In this document: piece after piece, positions 32,079 to 42,773 of the stretch
Position numbering within the stretch: position 1 is the first letter of the stretch
How the letters are laid out: each line of letters begins with the position of its first letter
Source: an uncultured delta proteobacterium
GTDB taxonomy: Bacteria > Desulfobacterota > Zymogenia > Zymogenales > Zymogenaceae
DNA: 64,000 nt
Direction of reading: 5' to 3'
Assembly (NCBI GenBank): GCA_963735595.1
Contig: CAVTLK010000002.1
Span: forward strand, 672,001 to 736,000
Translations under genes and position numbers: made by a program
Notes under the pieces: model-generated
Database searches by the model: none
Told to the model about the DNA's origin: nothing
What the model saw: the letters and a program-made list of their open reading frames with translations, nothing else

Positions 32079-33005
32079 ATGGGTAAAGATCAACAGGGAC
32101 AATCAAAGTTCTTCTCGTGGTATCACCGCTCGGTCATCGTGCGGTTTCTCCTCCAAATAACCCCGTGGGTCATGCGGACGTTCTCCCGAAAGGGAGTCCA
32201 CCGAATCCGGTATCCCTTCATCTTTCTCTATTACTGCATGGGAACACGTTTCAGGAGGGCGGTCAGGGAAAACCTGAGAATCGCCCTCGGCAGTACCGTA
32301 TCGGAACGGGAATTACGGCGGATAACCAGGGGGGTTTTTGATAACGTAACCAAGTCGTTTGCCGATTCTTTCTATGTAGCCTCAATCCCGCCGGAACGAT
32401 GGCCGGAGATGATGGACCCCCCCGTCGGGAGAGAGAACATCGCCAAGGCCCTCGAAAAGGGGAAGGGGGCGATTATCCTGACCGGCCACATCGGCAACTG
32501 GGAGGTCGGGGGGATTACGCTGGGCCGCGTCGGGGGAGAGACCCACATGGTCTACATGCCCGACCGTTTCACCGCGTTTGAACAGGCGCGGCGCAAAGCC
32601 AGGGACCTGCAGAAAGTCCACGGGCTGCCGATGGGAAGCTCCTTTGATACGTCGCTCAGGGTAATACGCTTACTGGCCGAAAACAAGATCGTGACAATGA
32701 AGGGCGACCGCTCCCTAAACGGGGAGGGGATCGTCATACCGCTTTTCGGGAGAGATACGGTTTTTCCCAAGGGACCGTTTTTGGTTTCGTACATCTCCGG
32801 CGCCCCGATCCTACCCGCATTTGTGGTCCTCAACCATGATGAGCGGTACGTGCCCATCGTCGAGGAGCCGATATACGGCCAGCGGACCGGCGACCGGGAA
32901 AAAGATCTCAAGGGGCTTACGCTTCGCATGGGCCGTGTCATCGAGGAATATATCAGGCGGTATCCCGACCAGTGGTACATGTTCTATCCCTTCTGGAAAC
33001 AGTAG
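32079..33005 (+). CDS. Lipid A/lysophospholipid acyltransferase family
   Basis: GKGAIILTGHIGNWE, YPDQWY. Confidence 0.85.
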   Translation: MGKDQQGQSKFFSWYHRSVIVRFLLQITPWVMRTFSRKGVHRIRYPFIFLYYCMGTRFRRAVRENLRIALGSTVSERELRRITRGVFDNVTKSFADSFYVASIPPERWPEMMDPPVGRENIAKALEKGKGAIILTGHIGNWEVGGITLGRVGGETHMVYMPDRFTAFEQARRKARDLQKVHGLPMGSSFDTSLRVIRLLAENKIVTMKGDRSLNGEGIVIPLFGRDTVFPKGPFLVSYISGAPILPAFVVLNHDERYVPIVEEPIYGQRTGDREKDLKGLTLRMGRVIEEYIRRYPDQWYMFYPFWKQ

Positions 33006-33065
33006 TGTCCGGCCGGGCGGGCCCACGGAGCGGCCGAAGACCCGAGCGAGGCGGTAAACAGAAGT

Positions 33066-34499
33066 ATGGACCAAAGACCGACCGATAGCAAGCGTCTGCT
33101 GATGATCTTTCCCACATTTGAGGGGACCCCGCTCGCCTACCGGGCCTTCATCCCTCCGCTGGGCCTCCTGACCCTGGCGGCCCTGACGCCGCCCGAGTTC
33201 ACCATCGGTTTTGTGGATGAGCGTAGCGATACCGTCGATTTCGATGCCCGGGCAGACGTCGTGGCCGTGTCGGCCATGACCCCGCAGGCGGCCCGCGCCT
33301 ACGAGATCGCCGACCGGTTTCGCGCCCGGGGCGTGCCGGTTGTTCTGGGCGGCCCGCATCCATCTCTGATGCCGGAGGAGGCGCTGCTCCATGCCGATGC
33401 CGTCGTAGTGGGGGAGGCCGAGGATATCTGGGCCGGAGTCCTGCGTGACCTTTTCGAGAACCGGTCGGAGGGAATCTATGTCTGTCGGCACAAGCCCGAC
33501 CTTGCGGGACTGCCCTTCCCCCGCCATGACCTGCTCAACGACGACAACTACCTGCCGATCCGGTCTATCCAGGTGACGCGGGGCTGCCCCCTTAACTGCG
33601 AGTTCTGCACCGTGCCCAGGAATTTCGGCCGGGAATACAGGATTCGCCCCATCGACGACGTCGTTTCCGAGATCGAGCGTTTGGGCACCCATATCTATTT
33701 CGTTGACGACAATCTCATGATCAAGCGCAGGAGTTTTGCCGGCCTCTTTGACCGGATGGCCGATATGCAAAGGGGGTGGACGGGCATGGCGCCCCTTGCG
33801 ATCGCCTCGGACGAGAAGTACGTGGGGCTGCTGGCACGGTCCGGCTGTTGGTCGATGTACGTGGACGTGGGGCCGTGGCTCTCGGTAGGCCTGAGGGGCG
33901 ACGTCTCGTCGCTTAAGCAGCAGGTGTCCCGCTCTGTGGGCTACATCAGGACGCTGCAGGATGCCGGCATCAAGGTGATGGGGTCGTTCGTCTTCGGCTT
34001 CGATTATGACGACGAATCGATCTTCGATGCCACGTTGGAGTTCCTTCAGAAAAGCGGGATAGTCGAGGCGGAGTTCCTGATACTGACCCCGTACCCGAAT
34101 ACCCCGCTGGCCGAGAAGCTCGGGGCCCAGGGACGCATCTTCAATCGGGACTGGTCGAGGTATAACACCACCCACGCGGTCTTTCGGCCGGCCCGCATGA
34201 GCCCGGAGCGTCTGGAACAGGGGGTGAACTACCTCTGGCGGGAGTTCTATCGCCGGGCGGACCGGACTGACGGTTTTGCCGTTCGGGGTACGACGGCTGA
34301 GGGGCAGCGGGCCCATGAGCGGATACTCTCTGCGGTCCCGATCCTTTTTCGCGATATAGCCCATGAGTCCGTGGTACAGGGGCTCGGTGATATTTCCGGG
34401 ACGATCGGGATAGCGGAGCTCGTGCAGGCATGGCGGCGCCACACGCCGGCCGTGTTCGGCAAGATCGTGGGCCGGGTATACGAGGAACTTGGGTGCTGA
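33066..34499 (+). CDS. Cobalamin-binding radical SAM protein
   Basis: PPLGL, VVLGGPH, GEAE, TRGCPLNCEFC, TPYPNT. Confidence 0.88.
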   Translation: MDQRPTDSKRLLMIFPTFEGTPLAYRAFIPPLGLLTLAALTPPEFTIGFVDERSDTVDFDARADVVAVSAMTPQAARAYEIADRFRARGVPVVLGGPHPSLMPEEALLHADAVVVGEAEDIWAGVLRDLFENRSEGIYVCRHKPDLAGLPFPRHDLLNDDNYLPIRSIQVTRGCPLNCEFCTVPRNFGREYRIRPIDDVVSEIERLGTHIYFVDDNLMIKRRSFAGLFDRMADMQRGWTGMAPLAIASDEKYVGLLARSGCWSMYVDVGPWLSVGLRGDVSSLKQQVSRSVGYIRTLQDAGIKVMGSFVFGFDYDDESIFDATLEFLQKSGIVEAEFLILTPYPNTPLAEKLGAQGRIFNRDWSRYNTTHAVFRPARMSPERLEQGVNYLWREFYRRADRTDGFAVRGTTAEGQRAHERILSAVPILFRDIAHESVVQGLGDISGTIGIAELVQAWRRHTPAVFGKIVGRVYEELGC

Positions 34500-34579
34500 T
34501 TACCTGTTTTGCCCGGCGGGCCATTAGAACGGGAACGTTGGGGATCACATAACCGTTTGAATGCAGAGGAGAAATTGTT

Positions 34580-34948
34580 ATGAGAATCGGTCACGGACGG
34601 CGATACGGGTCGGCCATCGGCGTGCTTTTCATCATCGTGCTATTGACCGTCACTGCGCCCGCCGCCTTCGGGTGCCCGGCCTGGCCCGCCCAGGCCACGC
34701 GTTACCTGACAAACGCCGACCTCGCCGATTGCGGCTGCGGCGACCTGAAGATCCTGCGCAACGAGATCTACGCACGACACGGGAGGATATTCAAGGCCGA
34801 TTACCTGCGCAACTACTTCATGGCGCAGCCCTGGTATTCCCCCGATCCCTACAACCCGGAAGGAACCGGCGGGCAGAACGTATATGAACAGTACAACCGG
34901 GGATTTATCCTCCAGTACGAGAAGGGCAGGGGATGTAATCCCCAGTAG
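34580..34948 (+). CDS. Secreted YARHG-domain protein
   Basis: Signal peptide; LRNEIYARHG. Confidence 0.85.
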   Translation: MRIGHGRRYGSAIGVLFIIVLLTVTAPAAFGCPAWPAQATRYLTNADLADCGCGDLKILRNEIYARHGRIFKADYLRNYFMAQPWYSPDPYNPEGTGGQNVYEQYNRGFILQYEKGRGCNPQ

Positions 34949-35044
34949 CCGCCGCAAACGGGTCGATCTGATCGCCGTTCCGTTCAATACGGCGGCCCTC
35001 TGGGCGCACACGTCCGGCCGCGTTGATCGGCCGCGAGGCGAACC

Positions 35045-35755
35045 ATGAACACTACGATACAAAACCTCAGGGCGGAGTTAACCGACAGCGCCGACGAAAA
35101 AACGCGGGCCGCCACCCAACGGTTTTTCAAGGAAGAGGTGCGCTGTTACGGCGTGAAGTCCGCGGCCGTTAAAAGTATCGCCAAGAGGTACTGGAAAGAT
35201 GTCGCTGCGCTGGACAAGGGCGAGGTATTTGCGCTCTGCGAAGAGCTGTTTCGGTCGGACCTCTGCGAGGACGCGTTTGTCGTCGCCGAGTGGCTCCCCC
35301 GCATGGCCGATAGGTTTACGCCGGGAGATCTGGCGATATTTGAGGACTGGATCGAGCGCTATATCAATAATTGGGCCACGTGCGACACCTTCTGCAACCA
35401 CACCGTGGGCGATTTTATAGAGATATATCCCGAGTGTATGCCACGAATCATCGGGTGGACCGGGTCGGCCAACCGGTGGATGAAACGGGCGGCGGCGGTC
35501 TCCCTGATCATCCCCGCGAAGCGTGGGAAGCACCTTGCCGAGGTCTTCGTGATAGCCGACCGGCTGTTGACCGACGGCGACGATATGGTACAGAAGGGGT
35601 ACGGCTGGCTGCTGAAGGAAGCGAGCCGCCTGCACCAGAAAGAGGTGTTTGACTACGTGGTGAAACACAAAGACGCCATGCCCCGCACAGCGCTGCGTTA
35701 CGCTATCGAGCTGATGCCTAAAGAGATGAAGGTCGAGGCGATGAGACGAACGTGA
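35045..35755 (+). CDS. DNA alkylation repair protein (AlkD-like)
   Basis: NNWATCD, MVQKGYGWLLKE, MPRTALRYAIE. Confidence 0.85.
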   Translation: MNTTIQNLRAELTDSADEKTRAATQRFFKEEVRCYGVKSAAVKSIAKRYWKDVAALDKGEVFALCEELFRSDLCEDAFVVAEWLPRMADRFTPGDLAIFEDWIERYINNWATCDTFCNHTVGDFIEIYPECMPRIIGWTGSANRWMKRAAAVSLIIPAKRGKHLAEVFVIADRLLTDGDDMVQKGYGWLLKEASRLHQKEVFDYVVKHKDAMPRTALRYAIELMPKEMKVEAMRRT

Positions 35756-35900
35756 AGAGGATGTGTGGGCGGTTCACGGACCGCCCCTACCGATACCCAG
35801 TAGATCCAATTACCCTTAAGCGGCGGTTAATACGCCGCTATACGGTTATAACGCCCACTATACTCCCGGTAATACAGATGAATAGACGGCCGGCCGCTTC

Positions 35901-36350
35901 TTACTGATCGTATCCGCTGTCCCGGCTGCCGAAACCGCCCGATCTGCCGTTGCCGAAGCGGCCCCCCGGCCCGAATCCCCGGGGGACGTCACCGGGAGAA
36001 TCCGGGGCATCGGAGCCGATCCCGGTCCTTTCGTATCCATTGCCGTACCGGTGCGGGCCGGAGCCTTCCGGTCCCCCGACAAACAGCAGGGCTACCGCGA
36101 CAAGGGCCGCCGCCGTCGCCGCGATAATCGCGGAGCGATTTTTAAAATGCGTGATAAACGTCTTCCCGTTGAGCGCCAGGTGGACGGCGCCGGCCAGTAT
36201 AAAGACGATCCCCATCACGACGTGCAGGGATTTTAAATCCAGGCGAATATCGAGGTGCAGGAGCATTACCAGGCCCGAGATACTCAGGGCCGCGAAGGCC
36301 ACGCCCACGACCGCGCTGATCCAGCTTTTCCCGTTTCGTACGTCCGACAT
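35901..36350 (-). CDS. DUF4405-like membrane protein
   Basis: SG..ML...LH...HL.LN heme-b-type His pattern, Gly-rich tail. Confidence 0.65.
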   Translation of the reverse strand: MSDVRNGKSWISAVVGVAFAALSISGLVMLLHLDIRLDLKSLHVVMGIVFILAGAVHLALNGKTFITHFKNRSAIIAATAAALVAVALLFVGGPEGSGPHRYGNGYERTGIGSDAPDSPGDVPRGFGPGGRFGNGRSGGFGSRDSGYDQ

Positions 36351-36576
36351 TCCAATTCTCCTTTAATTTCCAAAATGCTGCGGTATTGTTCTGTGTCACT
36401 CTTTACGTCCGCCCGCCGAGTCCGTCCCGATACGGGGTATCGGGAGACGCGAAGCCGGCCGTGATCCTTAGATACCGGCGGCGGTTCCACATTAAGTTTG
36501 ACACCGCCGTTGAATATGCTAAAATCACCGTGGTGCTCAAGTGCACCGATTTTTTTACTGAATTGAACAGGCAATC

Positions 36577-37752
36577 ATGACAATACCTTCGGAATTTCAC
36601 CGGATAAAGCGCCTGCCCCCGTACGTCTTCGCTGAAGTGGATGCGCTGAAAATGGAGGCGCGGCGGCGCGGCGAAGATATCATCGACCTCGGGATGGGAA
36701 ATCCCGACAAGGCAACGCCCCCTCATATCGTCGAGAAGCTCGTCGAGGCCGCCGCAAACCCAAAGAACCACCGATACAGCTCATCCAGGGGGATATACCG
36801 GCTCAGGTGCGCGGTCGTTGAATGGTACAAGCGGCGGTACGGAGTCGAACTTGACCCGGATTCGGAGACGATCGTCACGATAGGGGCAAAGGAAGGGCTT
36901 GCCCACTTCGTGTTGTCGGTGATTGAGCCGGGCAGTTCCGTCCTGGTCCCCAACCCGACCTACCCGATCCACACCTATTCGGTCATCATCGCCGGGGGCG
37001 ACATCCGCAGCATTCCGCTCTCGCCCGAGCGGGACTTCTTCTCCGACCTCATGATGGCCCTCAAGCTCATCTGGCCCCGCCCGGTAATGATGATTATCTC
37101 GTTTCCCCACAACCCCACCGGGCGCGTGGTGGAGCGGGAGTTTTTCGAGGAAGTGGTGAGGTTTGCCCGCGAAAACGACGTGATCGTCGTGCATGATTTT
37201 GCCTATTCCGATATCGTCTTCGACGGGTACGTCGCCCCGTCGTTTCTCTCGATCCCCGGGGCAAAAGACGTGGGCATCGAGTTCACCTCGATGTCAAAGA
37301 GTTTCAACATGCCGGGGTGGCGGATCGGTTTTGCGGCGGGAAACCCGAAGCTCATCGCCGCCCTGGCGCGGATGAAGAGTTATTTTGACTACGGCATCTT
37401 CCAACCCATCCAGATCGCCTCCATCATCGCGCTGACGGAGGACCAGGCCGCGGCCACCGAGATCGCGGCCAACTACGGCAAGCGGCGTGACGCGCTGGTA
37501 GACGGCCTTGTACGGTCGGGCTGGGAGATCGAAAAGCCGAAGGGGACCATGTTTGTCTGGGCGAAGATCCCCGATCAATACCGGAAGATGGGCTCGCTGG
37601 AATTCTCGAAATTCCTCCTGAGGGAGGCCAAGGTAGCCGTTTCTCCCGGTGTCGGTTTCGGATCTGAGGGAAACCAGTACGTTCGGTTCGCGCTCGTCGA
37701 AAACACTCACCGCATTACGCAGGCGGTCAAGGGGATAAAACGGATACTGTAG
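36577..37752 (+). CDS. alaC: Class I/II PLP aminotransferase (AlaC-like)
   Basis: [31 protein letters not shown]. Confidence 0.8.
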   Translation: MTIPSEFHRIKRLPPYVFAEVDALKMEARRRGEDIIDLGMGNPDKATPPHIVEKLVEAAANPKNHRYSSSRGIYRLRCAVVEWYKRRYGVELDPDSETIVTIGAKEGLAHFVLSVIEPGSSVLVPNPTYPIHTYSVIIAGGDIRSIPLSPERDFFSDLMMALKLIWPRPVMMIISFPHNPTGRVVEREFFEEVVRFARENDVIVVHDFAYSDIVFDGYVAPSFLSIPGAKDVGIEFTSMSKSFNMPGWRIGFAAGNPKLIAALARMKSYFDYGIFQPIQIASIIALTEDQAAATEIAANYGKRRDALVDGLVRSGWEIEKPKGTMFVWAKIPDQYRKMGSLEFSKFLLREAKVAVSPGVGFGSEGNQYVRFALVENTHRITQAVKGIKRIL

Positions 37753-37767
37753 AAGCGGGAGTCTGGC

Positions 37768-39105
37768 ATGACCAATAAGCCTCGGGCGATTAACGTCGGG
37801 ATCATCGGCTACGGGACGGTTGGATCGGGAGTGGTGAGGATCCTCGTGGAAAATCGCGGCCTGATAAAGCAGCGCCTCGGCGCGGAGATCGTTATAAAAA
37901 AGATCTGCGACGTCGATATCAACCGGGATCGGGGTATCCCGGTTGACGTCTCGGTGTTGACGACGAACGTCCGGGAGGTGATCGAAGACCCCGGTATAGA
38001 CATCATCGTGGAGACCGTGGGGGGCATCGATATCGCTAAAGAGATCATCATGGCGGCCGTCGGCTCCGGCAAGCACGTGGTGACCGCCAACAAGGCGCTG
38101 CTGGCCGAGGCCGGCGACGATATCTTCGCCGCGGCAAACCGGCTGGGCGTGGACGTCAATTTTGAGGCCTCCGTCGGGGGAGGGATACCGATCATCAGGA
38201 CCCTCAAAGAGGGGCTGGTGGGAGACCGAATACAGTACATATTCGGGATCATGAACGGAACCTGTAACTATATCCTGACCCGTATGACCGACGACAACAT
38301 GGAGTTTTCCGCGGCGCTGGCCGAGGCCCAGCGGCTGGGGTATGCCGAGGCGGACCCGACGCTCGATATCGAGGGGTACGACACGGCCCATAAGCTTGCC
38401 GTCATCATCCCGCTGACCTACGGCGTCAAGATCGACTACACGGATATCCACATTGAGGGGATATCGCAGATCCAGGCTATCGACATTCGATTTGCCGGGG
38501 AGATGGGATACAAGATAAAGCTGTTGGCGATCCTGGTTTCTACCTCGGACGGGATCGAGGCGCGGGTACACCCGACCCTCATTCCGTTTCGGTACCTGCT
38601 TTCCAACGTGAACCTCAACATGAACGCCTTCTATATCCGCGGGCTGGCCGTCGGGTCGATCCTCCTGTACGGCCAGGGGGCCGGGAGGATGCCCACAGGG
38701 ACGGCCGTGGTCTCCGACCTCGTGGAGCTTGCCCGGAATATCTCCTCCGGGATCAAGCGGCGGGTGCCCCCCCTCTCCTTTTCGGACGAGGACATCGAGC
38801 GCATCAAGCCCAAGAAGATGGAGGAGGTGATCACCAACTACTACCTGCGTTTCTCCGCCCTGGACAAGCCCGGCGTGCTATCCAGGATTTCGGGCATCCT
38901 GGGCGACCATAAGATCAGCATCGCCTCGGTCATCCAGAAGGGGAGGGCCGAGGGTGACCGGGACGTCCCGGTCGTCATCATGACCCACGAGGCCCGGGAG
39001 CGGGACATAAAGGCGGCGCTGGCCGAGATAGACGGGCTGGACATTATCGCGCGGCCGTCGATCCTGTACCGGGTGGAAGACACGGCGATGAAAGGGGGTG
39101 CGTGA
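37768..39105 (+). CDS. hom: Homoserine dehydrogenase with ACT domain
   Basis: GYGTVG, TANKA, EASVGGGIP, GYAEADP. Confidence 0.95.
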   Translation: MTNKPRAINVGIIGYGTVGSGVVRILVENRGLIKQRLGAEIVIKKICDVDINRDRGIPVDVSVLTTNVREVIEDPGIDIIVETVGGIDIAKEIIMAAVGSGKHVVTANKALLAEAGDDIFAAANRLGVDVNFEASVGGGIPIIRTLKEGLVGDRIQYIFGIMNGTCNYILTRMTDDNMEFSAALAEAQRLGYAEADPTLDIEGYDTAHKLAVIIPLTYGVKIDYTDIHIEGISQIQAIDIRFAGEMGYKIKLLAILVSTSDGIEARVHPTLIPFRYLLSNVNLNMNAFYIRGLAVGSILLYGQGAGRMPTGTAVVSDLVELARNISSGIKRRVPPLSFSDEDIERIKPKKMEEVITNYYLRFSALDKPGVLSRISGILGDHKISIASVIQKGRAEGDRDVPVVIMTHEARERDIKAALAEIDGLDIIARPSILYRVEDTAMKGGA

Positions 39106-40164
39106 ATGCAGAGGTATCAGGGGCTCATCGACCGGTTTTTTAGCCGGCTGCCGGTCAAGAACCGGTCGCAGATCGTGACCCTGCTCGAGGGCAATACCCC
39201 GCTCATCCGGGCGGACCGGCTCCGGGATCGGATCGCCCCCGGCATCGAACTCTACCTGAAGTACGACGGGCTCAACCCCACATGCTCGTTCAAAGACCGG
39301 GGCATGACCGTGGCGGTTACCCGGGCAAAGGAGGAGGGAAGCACGGCCGTCATATGCGCCTCCACGGGCAACACGTCTGCCTCCGCGGCCGCCTATGCCG
39401 CCCGGGCGGACATGAAGGCCTTCGTCCTCATACCCGAGGGCAAGATCGCGATGGGAAAACTCTCCCAGGCGGTGATGCATGGGGCTACCGTCGTCCAGAT
39501 CAAGGGGAACTTCGACGAGGCGCTCGAACTGGTGCGCGAAATCTCCGAAAAGCACCCGATCACAATGGTAAACTCCCTCAACGAGGACCGGATCGTTGGC
39601 CAAAAGACGGCGGCCTTCGAGATCATCGAGGTGCTGGGCGACGCCCCGGACTACCACGCGCTTCCGGTCGGCAATGCCGGCAATATCACCGCCTACTGGA
39701 TGGGCTACACCGAGTATCATCGGGACGGAAAGGCGAAACGGCTGCCGAAGATGATCGGTTTCCAGGCGGAGGGGGCCGCCCCGATCGTGCGGGGAGAGCC
39801 CGTGAAGAACCCCGAGACGATCGCCACGGCCATCCGCATCGGCAACCCCGCCTCGTGGCGGCGGGCCGTCGCGGCCCGGGATGAGTCGGGCGGGCTTATC
39901 GATATGGTCACCGACGAGGAAATCCTGGCGGCCTACCGCATGATCGCCTCGACCGAGGGGATCTTCTGCGAGCCGGCATCGGCCGCATCGGTGGCCGGCG
40001 TCATCAAATCGACCGCTAAGGGCCTGTTCACAAAGGGCGACGTGGTGGTCTGCACCCTGACGGGCCACGGGCTCAAGGACCCCGATACGGCTATCAAGGT
40101 TTCACCCGAGACCCATATCGTCCCGCCCAGGATGGATGAGGTGCTGGGGGTGATCGGATTTTAG
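39106..40164 (+). CDS. thrC: Threonine synthase
   Basis: [24 protein letters not shown]. Confidence 0.95.
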   Translation: MQRYQGLIDRFFSRLPVKNRSQIVTLLEGNTPLIRADRLRDRIAPGIELYLKYDGLNPTCSFKDRGMTVAVTRAKEEGSTAVICASTGNTSASAAAYAARADMKAFVLIPEGKIAMGKLSQAVMHGATVVQIKGNFDEALELVREISEKHPITMVNSLNEDRIVGQKTAAFEIIEVLGDAPDYHALPVGNAGNITAYWMGYTEYHRDGKAKRLPKMIGFQAEGAAPIVRGEPVKNPETIATAIRIGNPASWRRAVAARDESGGLIDMVTDEEILAAYRMIASTEGIFCEPASAASVAGVIKSTAKGLFTKGDVVVCTLTGHGLKDPDTAIKVSPETHIVPPRMDEVLGVIGF

Positions 40165-40217
40165 CTCTCCCGCCCCCGGCTGTGACTGCGCGCCGGACGT
40201 GATTATTGAGTTACCGC

Positions 40218-41441
40218 ATGGAGTCAATCAAATACATTATCCTCCTCGGCGACGGCATGGCCGACGAGCCGATCGAGGCGCTCGGGGGCAGGACGCCGCT
40301 CGAGGCGGCCCACACCCCGAACATGGACCGGATCGCCGCCGGCGGGATCGCGGGCATCGTCCGGTCGATCCCGGAGGGCTTTGAGCCGGGCTCGGATGTG
40401 GCAAACCTCTCCATCATGGGTTTCGATCCGGCCGGCTACTACACCGGCCGGGCGCCCATTGAGGCGGCAAGCCTCGGCATCGAGCTTGCCCCGTCGGACA
40501 TCGCCTACCGGATGAACCTGGTTACTTTGAGCGGGCGGGAGGGGCCGGCCGGGCGGCGCATGATGGTCGACTATTCGGCGGGCCACATACCGGACGCGGA
40601 TTCCCACCCGCTGGTCGAAAGCCTTGAACGCGGGCTGGGCAGCCACGAATTCAGGATGTACCCCGGCAAATCCTATCGTCATATCCTGGTGTGGAGAAAC
40701 GGGAATAAGGACATCGCCACCACCCCGCCCCATGACATCACCGGGAGGGAGATCGGGACCTACCTCCCGCACGGAAACGGCGCGGGCCGCCTCCTTTCCC
40801 TGATGCGGGAGGGGGAGCGGGTGTTAGCCGACCACCCCGTGAACCGGAGGCGCATCGCCGGGGGGAAGCGCCCCGCCACGTCCCCCTGGTTCTGGGGGCA
40901 GGGAAACAGGCCCGCGCTCGTCGCCTTTAAAGAGCGCTGGGGGATTCCCGGCGCCGTGATCTCGGCAGTCGATCTTATCCAGGGGCTGGGGGTCCTCTCC
41001 GGGCTCGAGGTGATCACGGTCCCCGGCGCTACCGGCTGGATCGACACGAACTACGCCGGTAAGGTTGCCGCCGCGCTGGAGGCGTTCCGGCAGGGGACCG
41101 ATTTCGTCTACCTCCACGTGGAGGCGCCCGACGAGGCGGGCCATTCCGGGGAGGCCGCGGTAAAGGTCAGGGCTATCGAGGAGTTCGATTCACAGGTTGT
41201 CGGCCCGATCCTCGCGGGGATGACGGCGTTACCACGGTGGCGCTGCATGGTGCTGCCCGATCACCCGACGCCCATCGGGACCAGGACCCACAGCAGCACG
41301 CCGGTGCCGTTTGCGGCCGCGGGCCCCGGCCTTTCGAAGGGCGGCGCCGCGGGGTTTTCGGAGGCGGCCTGCCGCAAGACCGGCCTTTTTGTCTCCGAGG
41401 GCCACGCGCTCATCGGGCGCTTTCTGACGGGGACGCTGTGA
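40218..41441 (+). CDS. apgM: ApgM-like cofactor-independent phosphoglycerate mutase / proposed homoserine kinase
   Basis: GDGMAD, GSDVAN, HVEAPDEAGH, PDHPTP. Confidence 0.85.
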   Translation: MESIKYIILLGDGMADEPIEALGGRTPLEAAHTPNMDRIAAGGIAGIVRSIPEGFEPGSDVANLSIMGFDPAGYYTGRAPIEAASLGIELAPSDIAYRMNLVTLSGREGPAGRRMMVDYSAGHIPDADSHPLVESLERGLGSHEFRMYPGKSYRHILVWRNGNKDIATTPPHDITGREIGTYLPHGNGAGRLLSLMREGERVLADHPVNRRRIAGGKRPATSPWFWGQGNRPALVAFKERWGIPGAVISAVDLIQGLGVLSGLEVITVPGATGWIDTNYAGKVAAALEAFRQGTDFVYLHVEAPDEAGHSGEAAVKVRAIEEFDSQVVGPILAGMTALPRWRCMVLPDHPTPIGTRTHSSTPVPFAAAGPGLSKGGAAGFSEAACRKTGLFVSEGHALIGRFLTGTL

Positions 41442-41863
41442 GCGGGCGCGGACACATAAGCCGATATCCGGCGCGGGTCCGGTATGCGGACGTGGACCCG
41501 ATGGGTTTTACCTATTACGGCAACTACCTGCGCTGGTTTGAGATCGGCAGGACCGAGTTTCTCCGGGAGCTCGGGACGACCTATCGGGACGTCGAGGCGT
41601 CCGGCGTGCTCTACCCGGTCACGGAGACCCACGTAAAATACGCCGCGCCGGCGCGTTACGACGAGGCGATCGTCATCGTCACGAGGCTTGCCTATGTCAA
41701 GAAAGCCTCGCTCAGGTTCGACTACGAAATTATTGGCGCAGACGACGAGACGCTTCACGCAACGGGCTGGACGGTACACGCGGCGGTGGACCGAACAGGC
41801 AGGATCATACGGATAGCGGACGAATTACTACATCTCCTCGACCCCGTGGGAGACCAGTCCTGA
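41438..41863 (+). CDS. Acyl-CoA thioesterase (YbgC/4HBT family)
   Basis: RYADVD.MG..Y..NYL.WFE.GR. Confidence 0.85.
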   Translation: MSGRGHISRYPARVRYADVDPMGFTYYGNYLRWFEIGRTEFLRELGTTYRDVEASGVLYPVTETHVKYAAPARYDEAIVIVTRLAYVKKASLRFDYEIIGADDETLHATGWTVHAAVDRTGRIIRIADELLHLLDPVGDQS

Positions 41864-41994
41864 ACAGGTGCAGTCGACCCGGGCCCGAGCGCGTCTCAAG
41901 CGAGGCGCGGGGGATAGCCGGGGCCGGCCAAAAAAGATTGATTTTTCATGCGCGGCATGATATATTACCATAATAATGTAAAAGGAGTCTCACT

Positions 41995-42201
41995 ATGTTC
42001 GGGTTAGGGACGACCGAACTGCTGGTTATCCTGGTGATCGCCCTGGTCATCTTCGGGGGGAGTAAGCTCCCGGAGCTCGGGGCGTCCTTGGGCAAGGGGA
42101 TCAAGAACTTCAAGAAGGGGCTTTCGGCCATCAACGAGGATGACGAGAAGAAAGAGATCAATACGCCCGGTGACCAGAGCGGTAAGAAGATCGAGCCGTA
42201 A
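41995..42201 (+). CDS. tatA: Twin-arginine translocase TatA/E (second copy)
   Basis: MFGLG..EL...[19 protein letters not shown]. Confidence 0.92.
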   Translation: MFGLGTTELLVILVIALVIFGGSKLPELGASLGKGIKNFKKGLSAINEDDEKKEINTPGDQSGKKIEP

Positions 42202-42310
42202 TAGTATCCGGCTATTGTCCGGCTGCCGGACGTCCGTGCCGACCGCGGTTCGGTCGGTTCTCCGTCGATCCCGGGTTCGGCTTTTTTATTCATGAAACCG
42301 GCCATTTTAG

Positions 42311-42339
42311 TTGACAGAGGAGGCGCAGCCTGTTATAGT
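42311..42339 (+). promoter_or_regulatory. sigma70 promoter of tRNA-fMet
   Basis: TTGACA-17-TATAGT with extended TG. Confidence 0.75.
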
Positions 42340-42352
42340 TACTGAATAATAT

Positions 42353-42417
<65 letters not shown>

Positions 42418-42429
<12 letters not shown>

Positions 42430-42470
42430 GCATAATCAAGGACTTACGTGAAAGCGTGGGTCCTTTTTTT
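42418..42470 (+). repeat. att-like repeat 1: tRNA 3' core + IHF-like site + terminator
   Basis: TCCCCGCTACCA, then AATCAAGGACTTA (matches WATCAANNNNTTR), hairpin, T-run. Confidence 0.9.
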
Positions 42471-42499
42471 GTATTTGTCCTATAGCTATAGGTTCAAAA

Positions 42500-42700
42500 T
42501 CAGTACTATTTCGAGTTTAAGTAAGCGAAGCTCTTGACAGTGAAGTGGCGGCGGGAGTATAACACCATCAGGCCGCATAGTTCCCTTGGTTACCATCCAC
42601 CGGCTCCCGGAACCATACTCCCGTGGCATTTGGAAGTTCAACATACAACCTAAGCCTATGGACTAATCTAAACAGTGGTGCCGTTAGCGGGGGTAGGTCA
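42500..42700 (+). mobile_element. IS3-family 3' remnant with right IR
   Basis: Encodes KWRREYNTIRPHSSLGYHPPAP (IS3 transposase C-terminus); ends ...GGGGGTAGGTCA. Confidence 0.8.
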
Positions 42701-42773
42701 CTTTGCCGGAAGATTATAATCCTTTAAACTTTATAATTTTGTTTTTTCCATTATTCCATGACAAGGAGCTATT

